Source: Amphiscolops sp. MND2022
Lineage: Eukaryota
Assembly: GCA_964187785.1 (NCBI GenBank)
Contig: OZ076409.1
Span: 73,224,001-73,288,000, forward strand
Reading direction: 5' to 3'
Length of the DNA stretch: 64,000 nucleotides
Made by a program: the position numbers and the translations under genes. The notes under the pieces are model-generated. The model searched no databases and was not told where the DNA came from. It saw nothing but the letters and a program-made list of their open reading frames with translations. Within the stretch, counting starts at the first letter, position 1. Each line of letters begins with the position of its first letter. Shown here one piece after another: positions 41,728-55,740 of the stretch.

Positions 41728-43028
41728 GTGGTCACGACCATGGTTTCTTGCGTATCTTGTCGAATCCTTTGTCGTTGCCGGCCGGGGAGGGACCCGTTTG
41801 CCGGCGTGTGTAGTGTGGGGCCCCCATACCCAAAAAGTGGTATTTTTTTCAGAGATCTCAAAATCGGCCCGTCAGAATTGCCTGAAATTTGGCATGAGGC
41901 TCCCAATTGGGGAAAAAATAAGAAGTGTAGGAGGCGACTTGTTCGGGTAAATATTGTATGTTGACTTTTGGCCAAAATAGTGTTCCCCCCCAACTTGGGC
42001 AAAATCACATGAGGTGTAAAAATATGATCACAACTTTCGAACCTTTGGATTTAGGGGTACGGTCGTGGACTACTTTAAGCAAGCGCTTTGGTGCGCGGGT
42101 AGGATAGATGGGTTTTGATCCCAGTACCTTCAACCACTTTTGAGAAATTAACGTTTCAAACAAACATCCGGGAGGTATATGTTGCCCCTGAAGGCAGGTT
42201 TTTCGCCATTTTCAATGTGAAGGAGTGGGTTTAGCGCAACGTGTGTGGGGTGCTTTTTTGTTGCCCGTGTGCGGAGCGTTGTATAGAGGTGCTGGTTGTT
42301 GAAATTGGAAAAGTTGGTAAAAAGTTATACCTATACCCCCCCTACTGTCTCTGCCATTCAATTTTTTTTTCAACTTCAGGCCTCCCAAAGGTGAGAAACT
42401 TCCACACAACTAGTATTGCAAGTGAATGCATGTGGAAAGTACTCGGATAGACGAGAAAAATGAGCTATAGAACGACTCTGTAGCTTAACTTGACGTTGAC
42501 TTATGACATTTTGAGTGTGAGCTTGCTATGTGAGAAAAAAAGTCAGAATTGAATATCGAAGCTAAGTCTCATCCAAAACTCATCGAAAAACGTTCAATCC
42601 ATCACAAAGCGGATTAATTCCAGATATATAGTGCAGCAACACTATTCAAGACCATTTGACACAATTTTACTAGTTTTGACATTGTATTATTCATCCGAGA
42701 GCACAAAACAGTTGGGTACATTCCATCTCCCTTTCGGGGGAGATGAGAATGTACCCGCTAAATGACACGCACCATGGCCTAATTTTTACCTTTATGCGAC
42801 GTTTTCTAGGCTTTCGCGCAAGCCCACTAATATTTAGACTGGTTTCTTTCTCTTTCACTCCAAACTTTCCGTCCGTACTAACCACCTTACACACCACCAG
42901 CTCAACGACACATCTGTAACGTCAACGCCACATACTTGCATCAACGCCCACCGTCCGTGGGCATGCCGAGGCATGCCCTTCGACGACGTATGCCCGTTGT
43001 CACAACAGGGCGCCCCCATTCCCGCTAG
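41728..43028 (+). mobile_element. Unit 13: 1.3-kb class (1301 bp)
   Basis: Starts GTGGTCACGACCAT, with H1 at 42714-42756 and the terminal module at ~42922-43028. Confidence 0.72.
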
Positions 43029-46000
43029 GTGGGCGGGGGTAATTCCCCAACAAAAAAATCGGCCGGCGGGTCGGGTCCTGCCGGCCGTCCAAAATCAAAA
43101 TTATACTAGTAGAAAACGGCCGGTCAAACGAGCTATTTTTTTATTTAACCGTTAGAATTTGGGTTTAGATTGCATGCGGCCATGAAATGGCCATACGAAT
43201 GGAAGTTCCTGCTGACGTTTTGCGATTGAAACACTTTATAAAAAGTTATGGCCAATTTGTCATTCACCTAGAAGGGCAAAATGAGGAAAATTTTAACAAA
43301 GTCACTGATAACTCAAAATGTAATAATTTTTGGACTTTGACAGTGATACAAGCTTGGAACTGTCATTTCGTGGCTGTGGCATTGCACTGAACACAAAAGA
43401 TGTAAAGTTTTCACATTTTTTGAAAATTCGACATTTTTGAATTTTTTTTCACTACTATCAGTACACTATATGTCAAAAACGCCTCTGAAAAAAATTTTTA
43501 TTTGCTTAAAATTAGAAACCTTGGTATCCATGGTTTCCGTCAGTACCTACTCGCCGCCAAACGCTCAACAGTTTGCATTCAATGTGAAAATATAATTTTT
43601 TTCGAGGTCATAGGTGTTTCACAAGGATTTCTCAACTTAGTATCTATTTACAAATTGGTCATTTTGAACACATTATTTTCATCGAAGCGTGTCAGATACC
43701 ACCCTAATGCTCACGAATGGGCCTACTGGCAACGTTGGAACCATTTTTAGTAATAGAAAGTATTAAAAAAATATTTTCACCCGGTCTTCAGTCATTTTTC
43801 AGACATTCGGTACTTAACTTAGAAAAATTTCGCATCAAAAACCCATATTTGGTAGGGTCGAAATTTGAAATTCAGTTTTTTATGCAAAATTATTAACTCT
43901 GACGTAACCAGTGGAGCCCATGATACTCAAAAACACGATTGGGACTGGTATCAGTGGCTCCAATAACATATGAGCCGCGATAAGACGTTATTCAGAGCAA
44001 ACGCTCTAAATCGAAGTAAACATCTCTGAAGCCTGGGATCACAGTGAAATGTGATATCACCAAAAGTTTACTCTTTTTTGTCAATCACTATGTACACAGA
44101 GTGCGTAGGGTGAGTTTCAGGACTATAATGAGGTTTTTGAAGTAATCGCGCTGCTCAAGGGGTGGTATGAGACTATTTTTTCCCATATACTACTACATTT
44201 CCATAAATTTGCAGTCCCTTGTCCTGGAAAGATAACTTCACAAAAACAATTTTTCTACTCTATTCAGTTATTAGAATAAAGTTGAACACTGTGGTTGATC
44301 AGAAATGCTCAATTCTTTTGGTTTTTAAAAAAATTCCTTCGCATTCGTTACATTTGTGGAAGGAAGGTTATCAGTAGCTCCAAAAAAAAAACGAAATTTA
44401 GCACGAACAGACATGCAACGATGCAAAGCAAAAACGTTTTTACAACTTCCGACGTCATTATTTTACCCAAGAAGTTCGAAAATATCATTCGCAATGCTGT
44501 CATTCGCTATATATACGATCGCGGTCTATTTACAAACATTTAGATTTCATTGTTCTGCTTGAAAACCAATTTTTGTCAGGTCGAAATTTTAAATTTTGCC
44601 TGGGGAGCAATACCCTTCACGCTGAAGTAAACAGTGGGGCCCAAGTTACTCAAAAACAAGAAAGAGACTGCTACAATATGTCCTAATAACATATGGACCA
44701 CGATAGTACGTTTTTCACACAAAAAACTCTCATCCGAAGTAAATATGTTGAAAGCTTTTAATCACCGTGAGAAGTGATTTCATCAAAAAATAACTCTTTT
44801 TTGTCAATCACTATTTACACAGAATTTGTAAAGTTAGTTTGAGTCATGAAATGAGGCTTTACCGTAATATGGGTTGCTCAAGGTGTTATATAAGACAAAA
44901 ACTTCCTCTTTTCTACTAGCTTCTTCAAATATTTCAACCCTTTGTCACAATAAGTTAATATTCAAAATCTCTTTGAAATGTATCTTTATGTTGGGGTGAA
45001 GTCTAAGAACAATAACTATGATCGAAGAATGCTAGTACTGGTGTTTGAACCATGTCCGGATGAACAAATCACAAAATCATCAAAAAATTGTTCCCTTTTT
45101 TGGTTATTTTGGCAGTACTAAAAATGTTAGCCGATAAATAATTTTTTCGATGGCACCATTGGATTCCTCTCAAAAAGTTGGTTATATGACCTGTGTAATA
45201 ACCCCGTATCTTTTCAATTTAAATATATTTAAAAAGCCAACTATTTTGACCAAAATCCTAAAAATCATACCATTTCCTAAAAATTTTCAAATGCACCCCA
45301 TTTGACGTATAAGATAAGCACAGAAAACTATCATATACCGATCAACTCTACTCCTATTGTAGATTATTAGAATTTTGTTAAGAATGAATTTTGATGAATA
45401 TTAAAAAAATTTTGAACCCTCCAAAAATGGGCCAAAATTACACGAAAAAATTGACCTTAAAATACCAAAATGTCAAAAAATCATCAAAACCCAGGCTTCT
45501 TGGGGTTCTATCAACTCCGCGTGGTCCACAGAGTATGCTAAAACAGGTTTTACCCGTTTTTGAGCAATATGTGAAAAAGCCGACATTTTTGGGAAAGAAA
45601 AACATACCATTTCCTAAAAAAATTCAAATGCACGTCATTTGCCGTATTAGAATAGCACAGAAAACTATCACATACCAATCAACTCTACTTTTATTGCAGA
45701 TGAACAGAATTTTGTTTAGAATAAATTTTACCGGATAATAAAAAAATTTGAATCCTTCAAAAATGGGCCAAAAATACACGAAAAAATGGACCTTAAAAAT
45801 TTAAAATGTCAAAAAATCATCAAAACAACAGCTTCTTGGGGTTCTATCAACTCCACGAGGTCCACAGAGTATGCTAAAACAGGTTTTACCCGTTTTTGAG
45901 CAATATGTGAAAAAGCCGACATTTTTGGGAAAGAAAAACATACCATTTCCTAAAAAAATTCAAATGCACGCCATTTGCCGTATGAAAATAGCACAGAAAA

Positions 46001-47791
46001 CTATCACATACCAATCAACTCTACTTTCATTGCAGATGAACAGAATTTTGTTTAGAATAAACTTTACCGGATAATAAAAAAATTTGATTCCTTCTAAAAT
46101 GGGCCAAAATTACACGAAAAAATGGACCTTAAAATTTTAAAATGTCAAAAAATCATCAAAACCACGGCTTCTTGGGGTTCTATCAACTCCACGTGGTCCA
46201 CAGAGTATGCTTAACCCGGTTTTACCCATCTTTGAGCAAAATGTGAAAATACCGACATTTTTGGAAAAGAAAAACATGCCATTTTCTAATAAATTTCAAA
46301 TGCACGCCATTTGCTGTATGAGAATTACACAGAAAGCTGTCACATACCGATCAACTCTACTTCCATTGTAGATTATCAGAAGTTTGTTTAGAATAAATTT
46401 TGAAGGATAATAAAAAAATTTGAATCCATCAAAAATGGGCCAAAATTACACGAAAAAATTGACCTTAAAATATCAAAATGTCAAAAAATCATCAAAACCA
46501 CAATTTCTTGGCGTTCTATCAACTCCATATGATACCAAACCAGGTACTGCCAATCGTTTGAGTTATAATAAAAAAACGTCTTTTTTGGCAAGAATTCCAT
46601 ACCATAAATAATAATCATGTTCCATATAAGAAGCGAATCATTTCAGATATATACCCTGTTCATTTTTTTAATATTACCGATTATTAATTTAATAGATGTT
46701 TTGAATGTGAGCTTCCTAAAAGGTTCAGGTGTGATGATACGTAAATAGAACCTTAGTTTCATCGAAATCTCAATTGAATATGTCCAATCTTAACCATCAG
46801 ATAACAAGAAACACTTAAGTACATTCCATCTCCCCATCGGGGGAGATGAGAATGTACTTTCGAGAAGCCAAATACGTCCAACATTCAAACTTTTGTAACT
46901 TTGTATGTAACTCCTGAAACGAAGAAGGAATAAAATTGTTTCTGGTACATACATGAGTCTTTACTTCAGCTTCTATTTCTGCTGAACAAAACCATTCGAC
47001 TCTTTTGCCGGAGTTAAGATCGATTGTATTACCCAGTGAACAAAGGCATGACTGAAAACGTTTACTACTTTGTTCATAATTTTCCGGCCTTCCGAAATGA
47101 TGAAACGTCCACATAACTAAGATAGCAAGTGAATGACTGCGAAATGCACCTTATTAGATGAGGTAAATAACGTGTAAAACTCTCCTTTATCCTAACATGA
47201 GGTTGAGTAATGATCATTTGAGAATAGTTTGATATGTGAATACAATAGTATAAAACAAGTACATTTTATATGAATAACGCCGTGGAAAGCGTTCAGAAAG
47301 GACATTAGGCTTGTTTGGAACATGTATGTGTGGTGTCCCTTGGTGGCGTTCGCTTAGTGTATATGTCGAGGGGTATTCGAGTTGTTATGATAGAATTTAC
47401 ACACAAGTCTTTTGTTTTTTGGTTTTTTTAAAATGTCGTTAAGTACCTGCATTCTATCCCCTTCTCAGAGATGACGTGAAGTTACGTTTGCTAAATAAAT
47501 GTCATCGAAAGATCACACTCCCGACGAAATTAACTATCTTAACACGTGTTTAGAATTTTAAATAAACAACCGTATAAGATTTTTATATTTCATTGAGTTT
47601 GATGAAGTCTTTTGTTCTTCTCACTACTATTTCAACCAATACACATATCCGTTACCATATCACATGTCTCCATTAGTACAACGCCACATAGCGTTCCGAC
47701 GCCCACAGTCTGTGGGCATGCCGAGGCATGCCCTTCGACGACGTATGGCAAATGGAGCCATGCCCGCCGTCTTTACGGCGGTAGCGGCTAG
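43029..47791 (+). mobile_element. Unit 14: long class, subfamily A (4763 bp)
   Basis: Junction-bounded, with an A body and the leader variant seen in unit 4. H1 at 46817-46859. Confidence 0.75.
45261..46545 (+). repeat. Internal 336-bp tandem repeat (~3.8 copies)
   Basis: Same monomer as 1470-2760. Confidence 0.88.
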
Positions 47792-49788
47792 GTGGGCGGG
47801 GGTAATTCCCCAACAAAAATTACGGCCGGCGGGTTGGGTCCTGCCGGACGTTCAAATAGCGCGAAGCATCTAGTAGAAAACAAGGAGTCCTGAAACAGCG
47901 ATTTTAAAATTGAACCGTTAGAATTTGGTTTTAGATTGCATGCGGCCCTAAAATCCCCATACGAATGGAAGTTCCTGCTGGCGTTAAGCGGTTGAAATAA
48001 TATATAAAAAGTTATGGCCCATTTTTGGGTCATCGAGAAGGGCAAAATGAGGAAAATTTTAACTAAGTTGCTGATAACTCAAAATGTGTTAATTTTTGGA
48101 CTTTGACTGTGAAACAAGCTAGGAACCTTCATTTCGTGGCTGTGGCATTGCACTGAACACAAAAGATGTAAAGTTTTTACATTTTTTGAAAATTCGACAT
48201 TTTTGAAATTTTTTTCACTACTATCAGTACCCCATATGTCAAAAACGCCTCAGAAAAAAATTTTTGTTTGCTTTAAATTGGAAACCTTGGTATCCATGGT
48301 TTCTGTCGGAACCTACTCGCAGCCAAACACCCAACAGTTTGCATCCAATGTGAAAATAACAATTTTTTCTGGGTCATAAGCGTTTCACAAGGATTTCTCA
48401 ACTTAGTATTAATTTACAAAAGGGTCATTTTGAACACAATATTTTCATCGAGGCTTGTCGGCTATAGCCTTAATGTGCTAGAACGGTACCTCTGACAACG
48501 TAGGAACCATTTATAGTAATAGAAAGTCTTAAAAAAATATTTTCACCCGGTCTTCAGTCATTTTTCAGTCATTCGGAACTTAACTTAGAAAAATTTCGAC
48601 CGAAATACCCATTTTTTGTCAGGTCGAAAATTCAAATTCAGATTTTTAGGCAAAATTATTAACTCTGACGTAACCCATGGGGCCCATGATACTCAAAACA
48701 ACGATTGACACTGGTATCAATGGCTCCAATAACATATGAGTCGCGATAAGGCGTTATTTTGAGCAATACGTCTCAATTGAGGTAAAGATCTCGCAAGCCA
48801 GCGATCACTGTGAAATGAGATTTCATAAAAACTTTACTCATTTTTGTCAATCACTATGTGCACAGAATGCGTAGGGTGCGTTTCAGCACTATAATGAAGT
48901 TTTTGAAGGCATCGAGTTGCTCAAGGGGTGGTATGAGACATTTTTGTCCCATATACTACTGTATTTTCCAAAAATTTTAGCCCAATATCTGGAATTATAA
49001 ACTTGACAAAATACTTTCAACTACTTTATTCAAAGGTTACAATATAGATGAACACTGTGGTTGATCAGAAACTTTCATCTCTTTCGTTTTCCGAAATATT
49101 TCCCTTCGCATGTGTTACATTCGTAGCAGAAAAAAAAATCGAAACTGAAAAATACGCTATTTTGCTAATATAGAATCGCAATGATTGTGCCTAAAAACTT
49201 TTTAAACACTTCTAACGCAACCTTAGGCACCCAAAATGATTGAAAATGCCATTCACAATGCTGACATGTGCCCTTTCTACGATCCTGGCTGGACAAGTGT
49301 CGCATATTTTTCAAGTACCTGTTAACTGAATTTTGTGATAGCCTTTCAAGTTGGCCTTGTGTCAACTTGAGAAGGCTGTCACATCAAAAAACTATCAACA
49401 AAATTACGTTTCGTTTATGTAATAATGCTGTCAATGATTAATTTAGTGATTCTATCCTACCGTTGGTACCTTCCATCAGATCAGATAACGACTGCATTCA
49501 GTCTTTGATAAAAACCTATGAACTCGAATTCATTTTTCTGTTTTTTTTTCTAACAGAAAAGTAAAAAATAATGAATTTTTTATTAATAACACCTTTAAGT
49601 ACTATTACTTTCACACACAATCGTTACCGTGATCAGCCACACCCACCCCGTGCGGCCTCGCCCTGTTAGTAGTGCAACGCCACATATAAACATCAACGCC
49701 CACCGTCTGTGGGCATGCCGAGGCATGCCCTTCGACGACGTATGGCAAATTTAGCGTTGCCCGCACTCTGGAGTGCGGTAGCAGCTAG
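47792..49788 (+). mobile_element. Unit 15: 2-kb class, family S (1997 bp)
   Basis: Junction-bounded, with H2 at 49337-49380 and a B-type 3' hairpin. Confidence 0.75.
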
Positions 49789-51771
49789 GTGGGCGGGGGT
49801 AATTCCCCAACAAAAATTTCGGCCGGCGGGTTGGGTCCTGCCGGACGTCAAATAGTGTGAAACATCCAGTAGGAAACGGCGACATAAATCAGCGATTTTA
49901 AAATTTAACCGTTAGAATTCGGACTTGGAGTGCATGCGGCCCCAAAATGCCCATACGAATCGAAGTTCCTGCTGACGTTAAGCGATAAAAACACTTTATA
50001 AAAAGTTATGGCCCATTTTACGTTCACTTAGAGAGGTAAAATGAGGAAAATTCTAACAAAGTTGCTGATAACTCAAAATACATTAATTTTTGGACTTTGA
50101 CTGTGAAAGAAGCTTGGAACCTTCATTTCGTGGCTGTGGCATTGCACTGAACACAAAAGATGTAAAGTTTTTACATTTTTTGAAAATTCGACATTTTTGA
50201 AATTTTTTTCACTACTATCAGTACCCCATATGTCAAAAACGCCTCGGAAAAATATTTTTATTTGCTTTAACTTGGAAACCTTGGTATCCATGGTTTCTGT
50301 CGGAACCTACTCGCAGCCAAACACCCAACAGTTTGCATCCAATGTGAAAATAAAAATTTTTTCGGGGTCATAAGCGTTTCACAAGGATTTCTCAACTTAG
50401 TATTAATTTACAAATTGGTCATTTTGAACACACTATTTTCATCGAGGCTTGTCGGCTATAGCCTTAATGTTCTAGAACGGTCCCACTGGCAACGTAGGAA
50501 CCATTTATAGTAATAGAAAGTTTTAAAAAAATATTTTCACCCGGTCTTCAGTCATTTTTCAGTCATTCGGAACTTAACTTAGAAAAATTTCGACCAAAAT
50601 ACCCATTTTTTGTCAGGTCGAAAATTCAAAATCAGATTTTTAAGCAAAATTATTAACTCTGACGTAACCCATGGGGCCCATGATACTCAAAACAACGATT
50701 GACACTGGTATCAATGGCTCCAATAACATATGAGTCGCGATAAGACGTTATTTTGAGCAATACGTCTCAATTGAGGTAAAGATCTCGCAAGCCAGCGATC
50801 ACTGTAAAATGCGATTTCATCAAAAATTTACCCATATTTGTCAATCACTATGTGCAGAGAATGCGTAGGGTGCGTTTCAGCATTATAATGAGGTTTTTGA
50901 AGGCATCGAGTTGCTCAAGGGGTGGTATGAGACATTTTTGTCCCATATACTACTGTATTTTCCAAAATTTTTAGCCCAATATCTGGAAATACAAACTTGA
51001 CAAAATACTTTCAACTACTTTATTCAAAGGTTACATTATAGATGAACACTGTGGTTGATCAGAAACTTTCATCTCTTTCGTTTTCCGAAATATTTCCCTT
51101 CGCATGTGTTATATTTGTAGCAGAAAAAAAATCGAAACTGAAAAATACGCTATTTTCGTAATATAGAATCGCAATGATTGTGCCTAAAAACTCTTTAAAC
51201 ACTTCTAACGCAACCTTACGCACCCAAAACGATCGAAAATGCTATTCACAATGGTGACATGTGCTCTTTCTACGATCCTGGCTGAACAAGGTTTGCATAT
51301 TTTTCAAGTACCTGTCAGCTGAATCTTGTGATAGCCTTTTAAGTTGGCCTTGTGTCAACTTGGGAAGGCTATCACATCAAACAACCATCAACAAAAATAG
51401 TTTTTGTTTATTGGATATTACAGTCGATACGTTTTTTCGTGATTCTATACTACCGTTAGTACATTCCATCAGGTCACCTTACGATTGCATTCACTCTTTG
51501 ATAAAAACATATGAACTCAAAGTCACATTTATATACTTTTGGCCCAACAAAATTATCAAAAACATCTAAAACATATAAAATAAAGTCTTTCACATTTTTA
51601 CGTTTCAAGTTTCAACCGTTATTAAGCCAATCAACGTCCTAGAGCCACATCCTGTCATACTGTACAACGCCACATAGTGTTGCGACGTTCACGGTCTGTG
51701 GGCATGCCGAGGCATGCCCTTCGACGACGTATGCCGAATACCGCGGGCCGACGCCCGCGCTCCCCGGCTAG
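49789..51771 (+). mobile_element. Unit 16: 2-kb class, family S (1983 bp)
   Basis: Junction-bounded, with H2 at 51330-51373. Confidence 0.75.
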
Positions 51772-53754
51772 GTGGGCGGGGGTAATTCCCCTTCAAAAAA
51801 TTCGGCCGGCGGGTTGGGTCCTGCCGGACGTCAAATAGTGTGAAACATCCAGTAGGAAACGGCGACATAAATCAGCGATTTTAAAATTTAACCGTTAGAA
51901 TTCGGACTTGGAGTGCATGCGGCCCCAAAATTCCCATACGAATCGAAGTTCCTGCTGACGTTAAGCGATAAAAACATTTTATAAAAAGTTATGGCCCATT
52001 TTACGTTCACCTATGAGGGTAAAATGAGGAAAATTTTTACAAAGTCGCTGATAACTCAAAATACATTGTTTTTTGGCTTTTGACTGTGAAACAAGCTTAG
52101 AACCTTCATTTCGTGGCTGTGGCATTGCACTGAACACAAAAGATGTTTAGTTTTTACATTTTTCGAAAATTCGACATTTTTGATTTTTTTTTCACTACTA
52201 TCAGTACACTATATGTCAAAAACACCTCTGAAAAAAATTATTATTTGCTTAAAATTAGAAACCTTGGTATCCATGGTTTCTGTCGGAACCTACTCGCTGC
52301 CAAACACCCAACAGTTTGCATCCAATGTGAATTTAAAATTTTTTTCGAGGTCATAAGGGTTTCACAAGGTTTTCATAACAAAGTATTAAACTACAAACTG
52401 GTCATTTTCAACATAATATCTTTGTCGAGGCATGTCGGATATAGTCCTATTGCTCACGAACGGTCCTACTGGCAACGTAATAACCATTTATAGAAATGTA
52501 AAGTTATAAAAAAAATTTTCACCCGGTCTTCAGTCATTTTTCAGTCATTCGGAACTTAACTTAGAAAAATTTCGACCAAAATATCCATTTTTTGTCAGGT
52601 CGAAAAATCAAATTCAGATTTTTAAGCAAAATTATTGACTCTGACGTAACCCATGGGGCCCATGATACTCAAAACAACGATTGACACTGGTATCAATGGC
52701 TCCAATAACATATGAGTCGCGATAAGACGTTATTTTGAGCATTACGTCTCAATTGAGGTAAAGATCTCGCAAGCCAGCGATCACTGTGAAATGTAATTTC
52801 ATCAAAAATTTACTCTTTTTTGTCAATCACTATGTGCACAGAATGCGTAGGGTGCGTTTCAGCACTATAATGAGGTTTTTGAAGGCATCGAGTTGCTCAA
52901 GGGTTGGTATGAGACACTTTTGTCCCATATACTACTGTATTTTCCAAAATTGTTAGCCCAATATCTGGAAATACAAACTTGACAAAATACTTTCAACTAC
53001 TTTATTCAAAGGTTACATTATAGATGAACACTGTGGTTGATCAGAAACTTTCATCTCTTTCGTTTTCCGAAATATTTCCCTTCGCATGTGTTACATTCGT
53101 AGCAGAAAAAAAAATCGAAACTGAAAAATACGCAATTTTGCTAATATAGAATCGCAATGATTGTGCCTAAAAACTCTTTAAACACTTCTAACGTAACCTT
53201 ACGCACCCAAAATGATCGAAAATGCTATTCACAATGGTGACATGTGCTCTTTCTACGATCCTGGCTGGACAAGGTTTGCATATTTTTCAAGTACCTGTCA
53301 GCTAAATCTTGTGATAGCCTTTTCAGTTGGCCTTGTGTCAACTTGGGAAGGCTATCACATCAAAAAACCATCAACAAAAATAATTTTTGTTTATTGGATC
53401 TTACAGTCGATACTTTTTTTCGTGATTCTATACTACCGTTAGTATATTTCCTCAGGTCACCTTACGATTGCATTCAGTCTTTGATAAAAACCTATGAACT
53501 CAAAGTCACATTTTTATATTTTTTTGCCAAAAAAAACATCAAAAATATCTAAAATATATAAAATAGAGTCTAACATTTTTACATTTCAAGTTTCTGCCGT
53601 TATTAGGCCCATCAACTTCCTACAGCCAGGCTCTCTGTCATACTGTACAACGCCACATAGTGTTGCGACGTGCACGGTCTGTGGGCATGCCGAGGCATGC
53701 CCTTCGACGACGTATGCCGAATACCGCGGGCCTACGCCCGCGCTCCCCGGCTAG
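51772..53754 (+). mobile_element. Unit 17: 2-kb class, family S (1983 bp)
   Basis: Junction-bounded, with H2 at 53313-53356. Confidence 0.75.
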
Positions 53755-55740
53755 GTGGGCGGGGGTAATTCCCCAACAAAAAAATCGGCCGGCGGGTCGG
53801 GTCCTGCCGGCCGTCCAAAATCAAAATCCTCCTAGTAGAAAACGGCCGGTCAAACGAGCTATTTTTTTGTTTAACCGTTAGAATTTGGTTTTAGATTGCA
53901 TGCGGCCCTAAAATCCCCATACGAATGGAAGTTCCTGCTGGCGTTAAGCGATTGAAATAATATATAAAAAGTTATGGCCCATTTTTGGGTCAACGAGAAG
54001 GTCAAAATGAAGAAAATTTTAACTAAGTTGCTGATAACTCAAAATGTGTTAATTTTTGGACTTTGACTGTGAAACAAGCTTGGAACCTTCATTTCGTGGC
54101 TGTGGCATTGCACTAAACACAAAAGATTTAAAGTTTTCACATTTTTTGAAAATTCGACATTTTTGAATTTTTTTTCACTACTATCAGTACACTATATGTC
54201 AAAAACACCTCTGAAAAATTTTTTTATTTGCTTAAATTTAGAAACCTCGGTATCCATGATTTCCGTCAGTACCTACTCGCTGCCAAACACTCAACAGTTT
54301 GCATCCAATGTGAAAATAAAATTTTTTTCGTGGTCTTAGGTATTTCACAAGGATTTCTCAACTTAGTATCAATTTACAAATTGGTCATTTTGAACACATT
54401 ATTTTCATCGAAGCGTGTCATATACCGCCCTAATGCTCACGAACGGGCGTACTGGCAACGTTGGAACCATTTATAGTAATAAAAAGTTTTTAAAAAAATT
54501 TTTCAACCCGTCTTCAGTCATTTTACACACTTTCGGAACTTAACTTAGAAAAATTTCGTCTCAAAAACCCATTTTTTGTCAGGTCGAAAACTCAAATTCA
54601 GCTTTTTAAGCACTATTATTAACTCTGACGTAACCAGTGGGGCCCATGATACTCAAAACAACGATTGGGGTTGGTACCATTGGCTCAAATAACATATGAG
54701 TCGCGATAAGACGTTATTTTTAGCTATACGTCTCAATTGAGGTAAACATCTCGCAAGCCAGGGATCTCTGTGAAATGTGATTTCATCAAAAATATACTCA
54801 TTTTTGTCAATCACTATGTGCACAGAATGCGTAGGGTGCGTTTCAGCACTATAATGAGGTTTTTGAAGGCATCGAGTTGCTCAAGGGGTGGTATGAGACA
54901 TTTTTGTCCCATATATTACTGTATTTTCCAAAATTTTTAGCCCAATATCTGGAAATACAAACTTGACAAATTACTTTCAAATACTTTATTCAAAGGTTAC
55001 AATATAGATGAACACTGTGGTTGATCAGAAACTTTCATCTCTTTCGTTTTCCGAAAAAATTCCCTTCGAATGTGTTACATTTGTAGCAGGAAAAAAACCG
55101 AAACTAAAAAATACGCGTTTTTGCTGAGATAGAATCGCAATGGTTACGCCTAAAATCTTTTTAAAAACTTCTAACGCGACCTTACGGACCCAAAATGATT
55201 GAACATGTCAATCAGAATGCTGACATGTGTTCTATCTACGATCATGGTTGGACAATTTTTGCATTATTTTCAAGTACCTGTTAACTGAATCTTGTGATAG
55301 CCTTTTAAGTTGGCCTTGTGTCAACTTTGGAAGGCTATCACATCAAAAAATGATCAACAAAAATGCTTTTTGTTTATACAATGTTGTTTTCGATAAACAT
55401 TTTTGCGATTCTAAGCTACTGTTAGTACCTTTCATGAGGTCAGCTAACGATAGCATGCAGTCTCTGATAAAAAATTATGAACTCAATTACATTTTTCTAA
55501 ACTTTTTCATTGAGAAAAGTACAAATAAATAAAAACAATATAAAATTCTAATCTCAAACAACTATAAATTGTTTGTTTTTCACCGTAATCAGTTTACGAC
55601 CCATCACCCTATGTCACGGCACCGTCATTAGTACAACGCCACATAGTGTTGCGACGTGCACAGTCTGTGGGCATGCCGAGGCATGCCCTTCGACGACGTA
55701 TGCCGAATACCGCGGGCCTACGCCCGCGCTCCCCGGCTAG
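53755..55740 (+). mobile_element. Unit 18: 2-kb class, family S (1986 bp)
   Basis: Junction-bounded, with H2 at 55296-55339. Confidence 0.75.
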
